DNA of 64,000 nucleotides from Bacteroidales bacterium (GTDB lineage Bacteria; Bacteroidota; Bacteroidia; Bacteroidales; WCHB1-69): NCBI GenBank assembly GCA_017506175.1, contig JAFVNW010000018.1, positions 1,056 to 65,055 of the forward strand, read 5' to 3'. Shown piece by piece: positions 54,481 to 64,000 of this stretch (position 1 is its first letter; each line of letters starts with the position of its first letter). The notes under the pieces were generated by a model. It saw only the letters and a program-made list of their open reading frames with translations, ran no database searches and was not told where the DNA came from. The position numbers and the translations under genes were made by a program.

Positions 54481-55074
54481 ATGAAAGCGATTACCGAAGT
54501 ATTGTATTGGATTTCAACGGGGTTGTTGGTTCCCGTGATTGTTTTGCTGATTCTGCTCTTCCTGCGTTCGCTCTTGCTGTTGGGAACCTTCTTCGGGCAG
54601 TATCTGAATATGCGTCGCACAGAGTCCGCGTTGGCCAAGTTGTTCAAGAATTTGAAACGGGATGGTGTGGACGAGATGGCGGCGAACTTGCCGACTAAGA
54701 ACTGCACGCCGGTGGTGGATACGATCCGTCAGGTCGTGGAGGCTTCGCACGGAGAATCTTCAGAGGCTCACATCGATCGTGTTGTAGGCGAGTTCGAGCT
54801 GCAGGCGGCAAAAGATATGTCGGTTTCCAAGACGCTGACGAAAATGGGGCCGATGTTGGGCTTGATGGGAACTTTGATTCCGATGGGGCCTGCTTTGGTC
54901 GGCCTTGCCGCAGGCGACATTGCCTCGATGGCCTACAACATGCAGGTTGCTTTCGCTACCACTGTCATCGGACTTTTTGCAGGAGCCATCGGGTGGCTCA
55001 CCCAAAGTGCAAAGCAGCGTTGGTATATGAACGATGTCAATCGGCTCGACTTCCTCTCGGAGTTGCTGAAATAG
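54481..55074 (+). CDS. MotA/TolQ/ExbB proton-channel family protein (positional equivalent of hmuU)
   Basis: MGPMLGLMGTLIPMGPAL...AFATTVIGLFAGAIGWL matches the family signature region. 197 aa. Confidence 0.7.
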   Translation: MKAITEVLYWISTGLLVPVIVLLILLFLRSLLLLGTFFGQYLNMRRTESALAKLFKNLKRDGVDEMAANLPTKNCTPVVDTIRQVVEASHGESSEAHIDRVVGEFELQAAKDMSVSKTLTKMGPMLGLMGTLIPMGPALVGLAAGDIASMAYNMQVAFATTVIGLFAGAIGWLTQSAKQRWYMNDVNRLDFLSELLK

Positions 55075-55145
55075 AGTCTTGCAGCGAGTGTGCGCTGCTC
55101 TGGTGCAGGCAGTGGTCGCAGTTTTTAATTTTAATTAAATGTTGA

Positions 55146-55478
55146 ATGATGAAACAGAAAAGACGTTTTTTGCAAGATGCGGATGACGACGACCCCATGG
55201 CGACGGTCTCCAACCTGTTCGACGTGGCGATGGTGTTTGCTGTGGCGTTGATGGTGGCTTTGGTGACGCATTTCAACATGGCTGAGATGTTGAGCAATGA
55301 GGATTTCACGGTGGTGAAGAATCCTGGCAAGGAGAATATGGAAATCATCACAAAGGAAGGGCGTCAGATCAACCGCTATACGCCGTCGGAAGACCAATCC
55401 GCCACAGGTACGAGGGGCAAGAAGGTCGGTATCGCCTATGAATTGGAAAACGGGGAAATCATCTATGTGCCGGAGTAG
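55146..55478 (+). CDS. Small single-TM protein, DUF2149/ExbD-like (positional equivalent of hmuV)
   Basis: 110 aa. DPMATVSNLFDVAMVFAVALMVALV anchor followed by a short periplasmic domain. Confidence 0.5.
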   Translation: MMKQKRRFLQDADDDDPMATVSNLFDVAMVFAVALMVALVTHFNMAEMLSNEDFTVVKNPGKENMEIITKEGRQINRYTPSEDQSATGTRGKKVGIAYELENGEIIYVPE

Positions 55479-55489
55479 GCCGTTGCCCG

Positions 55490-56350
55490 TTATGGTTTGC
55501 CGGCAGTGATCACGGGTTCCACGGTGTATCCTTTTTTGCGGAGCAGAGCGATGACACCCTTTTCACCACCCAAGTGTGCGGCGCCAACCGCGCAGAACAG
55601 ACTGTGCTCCTTGGCTATTTTCTCGAAATTTTTTGCCATCCCCACGTTGCGGTCAATCAGGAAAATCTTGTTGAATTTTGCGGGCATCGATGCATCGTTG
55701 CTCATTTCCAGCATCTTGTCGAGGTCGGCGGCAAGATAGACTTCCAGTAATTTTTGGGATTCGCTGGTATCGGCCGTAGTGGTGTCGTGCAGACTTTGTG
55801 AAAGCATTTTAATCTGGTCTTTCAGCTTGATGGCATCAATGGCATCGACTTGCACTTGGAATTTCTCCACGCCGTAGCAGAGTTTGCCGGCTTCGCGCGC
55901 TTTCTTCAGGAAATAGAGATCGAGGGCGGTCTCCATGTCTTGGGAGAACTCTGACTGCTGCATTGCACTGGCCACGAAGAAGGGCTTCATTGTGTTCATC
56001 AGGTAGGCAGTCGTGCCGATTTTCTTCTTGCAGATGCTGTCGAGCATGGCAAAATCCTCTGCCGGCATCATTTCCGATAGCAGTTTGCCCTTCGGCATAT
56101 ACATGCAGCCGCGCATTTCTGCCGGGTTGATTTCGTCCATCAGGATTTCCATCGCAAATGCGTCGCAGCTGTGGAATTTCTCCCATACGAGGGTGTCGAA
56201 GTTGAACACTCGCTGGTCTTGAATGTGGATGGTGCCGTAAAGATAGGACGGACTTTGCAGTTTTTTTCCGGTCACTTTCCATAATAATGATTGGGAAAAC
56301 CCGCAGAATACGACAAAGAGAAGGGCGAAAAGGAGTGAAAATCGTTTCAT
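55490..56350 (-). CDS. TraB/GumN family protein
   Basis: Signal peptide, then LLWKVTGKKLQSPSYLYGTIHIQD, and C-terminal FCAVGAAHLGGEKGVIALLRKKGY. Start trimmed to MKRFSLLF. Confidence 0.8.
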   Translation of the reverse strand: MKRFSLLFALLFVVFCGFSQSLLWKVTGKKLQSPSYLYGTIHIQDQRVFNFDTLVWEKFHSCDAFAMEILMDEINPAEMRGCMYMPKGKLLSEMMPAEDFAMLDSICKKKIGTTAYLMNTMKPFFVASAMQQSEFSQDMETALDLYFLKKAREAGKLCYGVEKFQVQVDAIDAIKLKDQIKMLSQSLHDTTTADTSESQKLLEVYLAADLDKMLEMSNDASMPAKFNKIFLIDRNVGMAKNFEKIAKEHSLFCAVGAAHLGGEKGVIALLRKKGYTVEPVITAGKP

Positions 56351-56371
56351 ATTGTGCATTTTTAACGGGTG

Positions 56372-56379
56372 CAAAATTA
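56372..56379 (-). promoter_or_regulatory. -7 promoter box (TAATTTTG, minus strand) upstream of the TraB/GumN gene
   Basis: CAAAATTA on the plus strand, 22 nt upstream of the ATG at 56350. Confidence 0.45.
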
Positions 56380-56414
56380 CGAAAAAAACGGTCGTTACAT
56401 ATGCGATTTTTTAC

Positions 56415-56422
56415 TAATTTTG
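56415..56422 (+). promoter_or_regulatory. -7 promoter box (TAATTTTG) upstream of the Na/Pi cotransporter gene
   Basis: Exact TAnnTTTG match 17 nt upstream of the ATG at 56439. Confidence 0.45.
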
Positions 56423-56438
56423 CGGCAAAATTTTGCGT

Positions 56439-58166
56439 ATGAGTGCATTCTCTTTGTGCGTGACGCTTTTAGGCGCCCTTGCTTTGTTTCTGTTCGGCAT
56501 GACCTACATGAGCGAAGCCCTGCAGCGTGCGGCTGGAAAGAACCTCCGACACATTCTGGCCCGCTGCACCTCCAACAGTTTCAAAGCCATCCTCACTGGC
56601 ACATTCATCACCTCTGTCATACAGTCCTCCTCCGCCACCACCGTCATGGTGGTGAGTTTCGTGAATGCGGGGCTGCTCAACCTGCGCAATGCCATAGGCT
56701 TGATTCTCGGTGCCAACATCGGCACCACTGTCACTTCGTGGATCGTCACTTTTTTGGGCATAAAATACAGCATACCCACCCTTCCCATCATCGGACTCGG
56801 CTTCCTGCTGATGATGTACAAGGGCAAGAAAGTCAATCAATGGGGAGAGTTCTTCATCGGCTTCGGCTTGCTGTTCCTCGGCCTCGATTTTCTGCAGAAC
56901 TCCATCAAGAGTTTGGATTTGGCTAATAACGCCACCTTTATCAGCTACATACAGAGCTTTGTTTCGGGCAGCGGTTCCATTGGCTTCGGCTCCTTGTTGC
57001 TCTTCTTCCTCATCGGCACGGTATTGACAGTGATTCTGCAATCATCCAGTGCGATGATGGCGTTGACCATCGTGCTCTGTGCGCAGAATATCATTCCGTT
57101 TGAGATAGCGGCGGCGCTGGTGCTCGGCGAGAACTTGGGCACCACGGTCACGGCGAACATCGCTGCGGCAGTTGGCAATATCGCTGCCAAACGCGCTGCC
57201 CGCGCCCACTTCATCATCAATGTCATCAGCGCCTTCTTGATGCTGATTTTCTTCTTTCCCTTCGTCCATGGCATCGCTCTGCTGACGGAAATGATGGAGG
57301 GCTCGTCGCCATACGTGGCTGCTACCTCCATTCCCATCGCACTCTGCCTTTTCCATACCATCTACAACATCTTGAAAGCCCTGTTGCTGGTATGGTTCAT
57401 CCCGCAGATTGAAAAAGCGACGAAATACCTCGTTGCTGGCGCCAAAGATGGTGAGGATGAGGGCTTCCGTCTCCGCTATATTGAGGGTGGCTACATCAAG
57501 ATGGGGGAGCTCGCCCTTGAGTCGGCGAAGAACGAGGTGCACTCCTTCGGCGAAAGAATGGTGCGCATGTTCGAGTTCATCCCCACGCTCATGACCTTGA
57601 CCTACAAAGAGAAGGAGTACGACAACCTGCTGAAGCGCACGCAGAATTACGAGCAGATTTCTGATAGGATGGAAATTGAAATTGCCAATTATCTCTCGCA
57701 GATGTCGGCCGCCGGCGTCACCCCCGAAACCAGCCGTCGCATCACCGGAATGCTCTCCATCATCGACAATTTGGAAAGTATCGGCGACCAGAACTTTCAG
57801 CTGGCCAAGCAGATAGAAAACAAAAACGAAAACAACATTGAGTTCACGCCGGAAATGAACGCGAACCTCAACCACATGATTGACCTCGTACGTAGCGCGC
57901 TGAATGTGATGCTGAAAAATCTGGAGAAACCCTATCGCACCGTCGATATCGCCGAGGCTCTTGCCGCCGAAAATGCCATCAACGAGTACCGCGACAAGTT
58001 GCGCTCGAAACATTTGGATGACATCAACAGCGGAAAATACACCTACCAGCAGGGCATCGCCTACAGCGGAATGTATGCGCTGTTGGAAAAATTGGGTGAC
58101 CATATCATAAACATCTCCGAGGCCCTCGTCAACACCAAAGTCACTGCCGACGCGAACATCATCTGA
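56439..58166 (+). CDS. Na+/phosphate cotransporter family protein with C-terminal PhoU-like domain
   Basis: Duplicated IQSSSATT / LQSSSAMM transporter repeats and a C-terminal helical PhoU-type region. The track start 56433 is TTG; the ATG is at 56439. Confidence 0.85.
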   Translation: MSAFSLCVTLLGALALFLFGMTYMSEALQRAAGKNLRHILARCTSNSFKAILTGTFITSVIQSSSATTVMVVSFVNAGLLNLRNAIGLILGANIGTTVTSWIVTFLGIKYSIPTLPIIGLGFLLMMYKGKKVNQWGEFFIGFGLLFLGLDFLQNSIKSLDLANNATFISYIQSFVSGSGSIGFGSLLLFFLIGTVLTVILQSSSAMMALTIVLCAQNIIPFEIAAALVLGENLGTTVTANIAAAVGNIAAKRAARAHFIINVISAFLMLIFFFPFVHGIALLTEMMEGSSPYVAATSIPIALCLFHTIYNILKALLLVWFIPQIEKATKYLVAGAKDGEDEGFRLRYIEGGYIKMGELALESAKNEVHSFGERMVRMFEFIPTLMTLTYKEKEYDNLLKRTQNYEQISDRMEIEIANYLSQMSAAGVTPETSRRITGMLSIIDNLESIGDQNFQLAKQIENKNENNIEFTPEMNANLNHMIDLVRSALNVMLKNLEKPYRTVDIAEALAAENAINEYRDKLRSKHLDDINSGKYTYQQGIAYSGMYALLEKLGDHIINISEALVNTKVTADANII

Positions 58167-58275
58167 AGAATCAATGATGAATGTATGGCCTCGTTGATAG
58201 GCAGGGGAGTAATGATAAGGAATTTAAGAACCGATAATAAGAACGATTAAACAAAACTACAAATAAACAAACAAC

Positions 58276-59280
58276 ATGATTAGTTACAAGCAATTAGGAC
58301 TGGTGAACACGCGTGAGATGTTTGCCAAGGCAGTGAAGGGCGGCTATGCGATTCCCGCCTTCAATTTCAATAATATGGAGCAGCTACAGTCTATCATTAT
58401 GGCAGCTGTGGAGACGAAATCCCCTGTGATTCTGCAAGTATCGAAGGGAGCGCGTAATTACGCGAACCAGACCCTTCTCCGCTACATGGCAGAGGGTGCG
58501 GTGGAATACGCCAAGGAACTGGGTTGCAAGCATCCTGAAATCGTGCTGCACCTCGACCATGGCGACAGTTTTGAAACCTGCAAGTCTTGCATTGATATGG
58601 GCTTCTCTTCCGTGATGATTGATGGCTCTGCACTCCCTTACGACGAGAATGTCGCTATCACCAAGAAGGTGGTTGAGTACGCTCACCAGTTCGACGTGAC
58701 GGTGGAGGGCGAACTGGGCGTTTTGGCCGGCGTGGAGGATGAGGTGTCTGCTGCCGAAAGCCACTACACTAAACCCGAAGAGGTCATCGACTTTGTGACC
58801 AAAACCGGCGTGGACTCCTTGGCCATCTCCATCGGAACTTCGCACGGCGCTTACAAGTTCACCCCTGAACAATGTACCGTTGATCCGAAGACTGGCCGTC
58901 TTCTTCCTCCGCCTTTGGCTTTCGACGTGCTGGAGGCTGTCGAGGAGAAGCTGCCCGGATTTCCCATCGTGCTGCATGGCTCCTCTTCCGTTCCTCAAGA
59001 GGAAGTGGACACCATCAATCAAAATGGCGGTTGCTTGAAGGCGGCGGTCGGCATTCCGGAAGAACAACTCCGCAAGGCCGCCAAGTCTGCTGTCTGCAAA
59101 ATCAACATCGACTCCGACAGTCGCTTGGCTATGACCGCAGCCGTTCGCAAAGTTCTGCACGACAAACCGGAAGAGTTTGACCCCCGCAAATACCTTGGCC
59201 CTGCCCGCGATAGCATGAAGAAGTTGTATATCCATAAGATTATCAATGTGTTAGGTTCAAACGACAAACTCTTAAAATAG
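58276..59280 (+). CDS. fba: Class II fructose-1,6-bisphosphate aldolase
   Basis: AIPAFNFNN, LHLDHGDS, GELGVLAG and VLHGSSSVP blocks. 334 aa. Confidence 0.9.
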   Translation: MISYKQLGLVNTREMFAKAVKGGYAIPAFNFNNMEQLQSIIMAAVETKSPVILQVSKGARNYANQTLLRYMAEGAVEYAKELGCKHPEIVLHLDHGDSFETCKSCIDMGFSSVMIDGSALPYDENVAITKKVVEYAHQFDVTVEGELGVLAGVEDEVSAAESHYTKPEEVIDFVTKTGVDSLAISIGTSHGAYKFTPEQCTVDPKTGRLLPPPLAFDVLEAVEEKLPGFPIVLHGSSSVPQEEVDTINQNGGCLKAAVGIPEEQLRKAAKSAVCKINIDSDSRLAMTAAVRKVLHDKPEEFDPRKYLGPARDSMKKLYIHKIINVLGSNDKLLK

Positions 59281-59303
59281 CTATGCGTTAGGAGTTCGTC
59301 GGT

Positions 59304-59609
59304 ATGAACGTTCGTATTACAGTTATTCGCAAGGCATCGTATCTCGATTTGTCGGCGAAGTACGAGAATCCGATAGCGCACCCGTGTGATTTGTTGGAGG
59401 GGCAGGTGTTTATTTCGGAGAGTGCTCAGAAGCCTGAGGGCTTGTGCGACAGCGCGTGGGAGACGATGCAGGCGTTTGTGACGGAATTGGCAAACGGCGG
59501 CGGCAATTTCTTCGACGGCTGGATGAAAAATCCCCACTCCGCCCTGATCTCCTGCAACGACGGGTTCCGCCCTGTCAGCTTCCTGTTGGAAACAATCTAC
59601 GATGTGTAG
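59304..59609 (+). CDS. Small conserved protein, TIGR04076-like
   Basis: 101 aa with C..L.EGQVF, PEGLCDSAW and SCNDGFRPVSF blocks. This is as I remember the family and is not verified. Confidence 0.45.
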   Translation: MNVRITVIRKASYLDLSAKYENPIAHPCDLLEGQVFISESAQKPEGLCDSAWETMQAFVTELANGGGNFFDGWMKNPHSALISCNDGFRPVSFLLETIYDV

Positions 59610-59681
59610 AACATCGTTAGTGTCAAACTTTTTCTTTACCTTTGCAAATTGTTTTTTGGAATAATAAACTCAGCTCAATTT

Positions 59682-61448
59682 ATGAAAAAACAGGTACTTG
59701 TATTGATGGCATTTTTGTTCTTCGTTGCCGGCGCCTCACTTTCAGCGCAAACCAACAAGTCGTACGATGCGGGCAAACGCACCATGGACTATTTCCTCAA
59801 CATATTGGACCGGATCTATGTGGACACCCTTGACTTCAACATGCTGGCGGAAAAGGGCGTGAAGGAGATGGTGACGCAGCTTGACCCTCACTCCACTTAT
59901 ACCACCGCCAAGGATGTGGCTGCCTCCCGTGAGCCGCTCAAGGGCTCCTTTGACGGCATTGGCGTCACTTTCCAAATCGTGAAGGACACCATCAATGTGG
60001 TGGAGGTCATCATTGACGGCCCCTCCGAAAAGGTGGGCATCCTTCCGGGCGACAAAATCGTGAAAGTGGACACGCTGAACGCCTGCGGCAAACATATTAA
60101 CAACAACTGGGTGCGCGACCACCTGCGCGGCGACCGCGGTACCAAGGTCAATCTGTCTATCAAGCGTGGTCACAACCCCGGCCTGCTCGAATTCACCGTC
60201 ACCCGTGGCAAAATCCCCATGTACAGCATCAATGTCTCCTTCATGATTGATGAGAAGACCGGTTATATTAAACTCGACCGCTTCGCCCAGACCTCCCTCT
60301 CGGAATTCCAGCAGCATTTCAAGAAACTGAAGGAGCAGGGAATGGAGAATCTGATTTTTGACCTTCGCGGCAACGGTGGCGGCTACCTCAATACCGCTTT
60401 CCAAATCGCCAGCCAGTTCATAGATGCCGGCTGCCGCATCGTCTATACCGACAATTTTCGCAAGACCGGCGAACACTACGATGCAACACCGACCGGCCTT
60501 TTCCGCAAGGGCAAACTCATCGTGTTGGTGGACGAGAATTCCGCCTCGGCCAGCGAAATCACTGCCGGTGCCATCCAGGATTGGGATCGTGGCCTCATCA
60601 TGGGACGCCGCACCTTTGGCAAGGGGCTGGTACAGAAGCCCGTTGACTTGCCGAGCGGTGCCGAAGTGCGCGTCACCATCTCCCACTACTACACCCCCAG
60701 CGGCCGCTGCATACAGAAACCTTACGATGACAGGAATGACTATTTCCGCGACATCGCCACCCGCTACAAACATGGCGAGATGTTCTCCGCCGACAGCATC
60801 TCAGCTATGCCCGACTCACTGAAGTTTGAGACCATGAAGCGCCATCGTACCGTTTATGGCGGCGGCGGCATCATGCCCGACCTCTTCGTGCCGATGGACA
60901 CCACCCATTATGCCGCCTACTACAACGACCTCGTCCGCCGCGGTGTCATTTCCTCCTTCGTGATGGATTACCTTGACGCCAACCGCGCCGACCTCAAAAA
61001 ACAATACCCTACCTTTGAACAGTTCAAGAAGGATTTTCGGATTTCCGACAAGATGTACAACGAATTGACCGCCTTCGCCCAAAAGGAGGGCGTGGTTGAT
61101 TCAGCCAAACTCTATCTCGCCACCCGCCTTGAAGTCTTCGCCGAACAGAAAGAGAAAGAAATCGACTCGCTCTACAACTCTATCGACGATTTGAAGAATC
61201 TGGAAAAACTCAACCAGATGATGACCGACTTCGTGAACGAATCCTATCAGAAGAGCATCAACGACCGCAACTCTCGGATGGCTCCGCAACTCATCAAAAC
61301 CTATATGCTCTTTGAACTCGCCCGCAACCTGTACGGCTATGGCGACGCCTACCAATATATTCTTGAGGATGACGCCACCTTCCTGAAAGCCTGTGAAGTG
61401 ATGAAGGACGACAAGGTATTCCGCAAATACAAAGTAGATAGAAACTAA
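59682..61448 (+). CDS. ctp: S41 family C-terminal processing peptidase
   Basis: Signal peptide, PDZ (GDKIVKVD) and catalytic blocks DLRGNGGGYL, SASASEI and TFGKGLVQ. Start trimmed to MKKQVLVLMAF. Confidence 0.85.
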   Translation: MKKQVLVLMAFLFFVAGASLSAQTNKSYDAGKRTMDYFLNILDRIYVDTLDFNMLAEKGVKEMVTQLDPHSTYTTAKDVAASREPLKGSFDGIGVTFQIVKDTINVVEVIIDGPSEKVGILPGDKIVKVDTLNACGKHINNNWVRDHLRGDRGTKVNLSIKRGHNPGLLEFTVTRGKIPMYSINVSFMIDEKTGYIKLDRFAQTSLSEFQQHFKKLKEQGMENLIFDLRGNGGGYLNTAFQIASQFIDAGCRIVYTDNFRKTGEHYDATPTGLFRKGKLIVLVDENSASASEITAGAIQDWDRGLIMGRRTFGKGLVQKPVDLPSGAEVRVTISHYYTPSGRCIQKPYDDRNDYFRDIATRYKHGEMFSADSISAMPDSLKFETMKRHRTVYGGGGIMPDLFVPMDTTHYAAYYNDLVRRGVISSFVMDYLDANRADLKKQYPTFEQFKKDFRISDKMYNELTAFAQKEGVVDSAKLYLATRLEVFAEQKEKEIDSLYNSIDDLKNLEKLNQMMTDFVNESYQKSINDRNSRMAPQLIKTYMLFELARNLYGYGDAYQYILEDDATFLKACEVMKDDKVFRKYKVDRN

Positions 61449-61482
61449 GAATTGTATTTACGTTTTATTAACCAAGAACAAT

Positions 61483-63558
61483 TTGATTACAAAGGATTGC
61501 ATCGCGGAAATTGAGGCGGCGGCTCGCATCGAGGAGGTCGTGGCTGACTTCGTGCCCCTGAAAAGGGCAGGCAAGGATTGGATTGGCATCTGCCCCTTCC
61601 ACGACGACAAGAATCCGTCGATGCACGTGAGTCCGCGCTTGGGTATCTATAAATGCTTCGTCTGCGGCGCAGCTGGCGGCCCCATCCATTTTGTGATGGA
61701 GCACGAAAAGTCTTCGTATCCCGATGCTCTCCGCTATCTGGCCGCTAAGTATCATATTGAAATCAAGGAAGAAAAGCGCAAATTGACCCCCGAAGAACAG
61801 GCTGCCAACGATGAACGCGAAGCCCTGCTCAATGTCACTGCCTACGCCGAGAAGTACTTTGTTGACCAACTCTTCAATTCGGAAGAAGGGCGCCAAATCG
61901 GGCTGACCTACTTTCAGGAACGCGGCTTCCGCGAGGAGACCATCCGCAAATTCCGGTTGGGCTATTGTCCGGAAGGCTGGGACAAGTTTACCACCAAAGC
62001 CCTGGAAGACGGTTACAAGTTGGACTATTTGTTGGAGACTGGTTTGACCAAGAAGTCGGAAAACGGACGCCTTCACGATTTTTATCATGGTCGCGTGATT
62101 TTCCCGATTCAGAACGGAATTGGCAAGCCGGTCGGCTTCGGCGGACGCATCCTGGCCAAGACGAAAACCGACAAAATCGCCAAGTACTTCAACTCGCCCG
62201 AGAGCATCATCTATCATAAAAGCGACATACTTTACGGTTTTTTCTTCGCCAAGAAATCCATACGCACCAACGACAACGTCTATTTGGTGGAGGGTTATAC
62301 CGATGTGATTTCCATGTCGGAATCCGGTGTTGAGAACGTGGTCGCCTCTTCGGGAACCGCCTTGACGGAAGGGCAAATCAGGCTGATAAAGGCGCAGACC
62401 AAGAATATCACGGTGCTCTACGATGGCGATGCGGCTGGCATTAAGGCTTCGTTGCGAGGTATCAACATGCTGCTGGCAGCGGGACTCAACGTGAAGGCGT
62501 GTCTGCTGCCCGACGGTGAGGACCCCGACTCATTCGCCAAACAACACCGTGATTCAGAACTGCGCGATTACCTGGCTGAACACACCGTCAGCATCATCCA
62601 GTTCAAGGCCGACATCTTGATGAAGGATGCCGGAAACGACCCGCTGAAGCGTGCTGCTGTGGTGAACGATATTCTTGGCTCCATCGCCGAAATCAACGAC
62701 GACATCATCCGCAGTTTTTATGTGCGGGAGTGCGCCGACCTGTTCAAAATCTCGGAGGAGTCGCTGAATGCGAACCTGCGTCAGCTGGTATGGAAGAAAA
62801 TCAACGATGCGCGGCGCCAGCCCTCCTTCCAGTCCCAACCCAACAGCCAGAACCCGACCGTTCCGCAAGGCACAACCCCTCCGACAATTACACAACCCGA
62901 TGAAAGTCAGCAACTTCCAAAAGTACTCACGCCTGCTTTGACACAACAGAAAGTGGAGGTGAACCACTTGGATTTGGTTGAGTTCGATGTGATTCATCTG
63001 CTGCTGAAATGCGGAATGTATGAAACCCATATCAGTCAAACCGATGAGGCGGGGAATGCCGTGATTTGCCCGATTCGTGTGGACCAGTATGTTTTCAACG
63101 AGTTTCACGACGACGAGATCGTATTCCAAAATCCGCTGTATCAGCAGGTTTATGAAGAATATGCGAAAATTGCGCAAAAAGCGGAGTCTCAGGAGGATTT
63201 GGAACACGCGTTTGTCGTACACGAAAACGAGAAAATCCGCAACCTCGCCGTCTCTATTCTGATGGAAGAGGAGCCCGAGTACAGCGAACAATGGGAAAAG
63301 CGGTTCGAACTCCACACCAATAACATCACCAATAGTGTACAGTCGCTCAATACGGAACTCTCAGGCTGCATCAACTTGTTCAAACTTAGACTGATTGAAC
63401 GGCATAAAAAGTTGTTGCTCAATGAGTTGGGGTTCGAACACACCGATGAGGAACAGCGCCAGATTATGGAGCGGTTGGTGGAATTAGACAAACTGCGGAA
63501 AAAACTGGCCGATTTGCTGGGAATGGTGATTTCCCAAAGCGACGATTCAGCCAATTGA
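61483..63558 (+). CDS. dnaG: DNA primase
   Basis: Zinc ribbon CPFHDDKNPSMHVSPRLGIYKCFVCGAAG and Toprim domain (VYLVEGYTDV, LYDGDAAG). TTG start as in the track. Confidence 0.9.
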   Translation: MITKDCIAEIEAAARIEEVVADFVPLKRAGKDWIGICPFHDDKNPSMHVSPRLGIYKCFVCGAAGGPIHFVMEHEKSSYPDALRYLAAKYHIEIKEEKRKLTPEEQAANDEREALLNVTAYAEKYFVDQLFNSEEGRQIGLTYFQERGFREETIRKFRLGYCPEGWDKFTTKALEDGYKLDYLLETGLTKKSENGRLHDFYHGRVIFPIQNGIGKPVGFGGRILAKTKTDKIAKYFNSPESIIYHKSDILYGFFFAKKSIRTNDNVYLVEGYTDVISMSESGVENVVASSGTALTEGQIRLIKAQTKNITVLYDGDAAGIKASLRGINMLLAAGLNVKACLLPDGEDPDSFAKQHRDSELRDYLAEHTVSIIQFKADILMKDAGNDPLKRAAVVNDILGSIAEINDDIIRSFYVRECADLFKISEESLNANLRQLVWKKINDARRQPSFQSQPNSQNPTVPQGTTPPTITQPDESQQLPKVLTPALTQQKVEVNHLDLVEFDVIHLLLKCGMYETHISQTDEAGNAVICPIRVDQYVFNEFHDDEIVFQNPLYQQVYEEYAKIAQKAESQEDLEHAFVVHENEKIRNLAVSILMEEEPEYSEQWEKRFELHTNNITNSVQSLNTELSGCINLFKLRLIERHKKLLLNELGFEHTDEEQRQIMERLVELDKLRKKLADLLGMVISQSDDSAN

Positions 63559-63634
63559 GATGTCCTTTTGCATTACTATAACAATAAAGAAACCTCAAAA
63601 AACCAATTAATTAGGTCTTGATTCATAGCTGATT

Positions 63635-64000
63635 ATGCGTTACTTCATCGAGATGTCATACAACGGAACTCCTTTTTTCGGGTGGCAGGTGCAGCCCGAG
63701 CAGCCTTCGGTGCAGGGAGTGATGGAGCGCGCTCTGACACTGTTGCTCCGTGAGCCGATTGCGGTCACCGGCTGTGGACGTACCGACACGGGGGTGCATG
63801 CCCGACAGTTCTTCGCCCATTTTGATTTCGTACAATTATTTGATAATGAACAACTTGTAGAACTTGCAGACAAGTTGAACAGTTTTTTGCCAAAGGAAAT
63901 TTCCATTTGCCGCATCTTTCTAGTGTCAGATGATTTCCATGCTCGCTTTAGCGCGAAGTCGCGTACATATAAATATTATGTCGCCGTTCAGAAGGAGGCC
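63635..64000 (+). CDS. truA: tRNA pseudouridine(38-40) synthase, N-terminal part (runs off window end)
   Basis: MRYFIEMSYNGTPFFGWQVQPEQPSVQGVMERAL...GCGRTDTGVHARQ contains the catalytic Asp motif. Confidence 0.85.
   Translation, partial: MRYFIEMSYNGTPFFGWQVQPEQPSVQGVMERALTLLLREPIAVTGCGRTDTGVHARQFFAHFDFVQLFDNEQLVELADKLNSFLPKEISICRIFLVSDDFHARFSAKSRTYKYYVAVQKEA

Noticed and set aside
57042-62376. Long minus-strand ORFs 57042-58103, 58384-59235, 59742-60773 and 61468-62376
   Set aside because: Each mirrors a confidently identified plus-strand gene (Na/Pi transporter, fba, ctp, dnaG). They are shadow ORFs.
1-64000. Search by eye for tRNA, rRNA, tmRNA and CRISPR arrays
   Set aside because: I found no cloverleaf-like conserved arms (GTTCGAATC-type T-loops), no rRNA-like stretches and no regularly spaced repeats. 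A tRNAscan/Infernal run would be needed to exclude small RNAs formally.

Overview
This is a 64-kb chromosomal segment that looks like Bacteroidota, probably Bacteroidales. The indicators are an nqr operon, a T9SS-sorted cargo protein, a hmuY-hmuR-hmuS type haem locus, and TAnnTTTG -7 promoter boxes in front of many genes. I call about 55 protein genes, most of them housekeeping: nqrABC, dut, umuDC, ADP-forming acyl-CoA synthetase, ribD, glycogen debranching enzyme, rnr, panB, surE, RNase G, HU, deoC, fumC, fba, ctp, dnaG and truA. I saw no rRNA, tRNA or CRISPR array. Many long ORFs in the track are antisense shadows of real genes in G+C-rich coding sequence. The track also uses GTG/TTG starts, so several N-termini were trimmed to internal ATGs.

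Two accessory patches stand out.

(1) 12.95-17.15 kb. A structured leader with mutually exclusive terminator/antiterminator pairings precedes a small HTH gene. After that comes a radical SAM/SPASM enzyme whose stop codon overlaps the start of a 58-aa ORF. A 53-aa paralog follows 21 nt later; it is too short to appear in the ORF track. Both peptides share a leader-like block (YDFS-L--Q--S-GNCFG) and then an extremely Cys/Asp-rich C-terminus with 8 Cys each. An AT-rich 2-TM protein gene, a CsgG-like/FISUMP lipoprotein gene and one strong terminator complete the unit. I read this as a candidate RiPP system that may be undescribed, possibly with Cys-Asp thioether (ranthipeptide-like) chemistry. 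Novelty cannot be verified without database searches.

(2) 38.2-43.2 kb. This is a low-G+C island between deoC and fumC. It holds an orphan Rhs C-terminal tip carrying a zinc phospholipase C-like toxin domain, several small secreted or lipoproteins that could be immunity proteins, and a degraded IS3 remnant.

Smaller oddities are also reported: an orphan kamD, an ABC permease with no canonical start codon, an unlisted bS22-like mini-ORF, a Met-rich insert in the CobN-like HmuS, and a tandemly duplicated lipoprotein upstream of hmuY.
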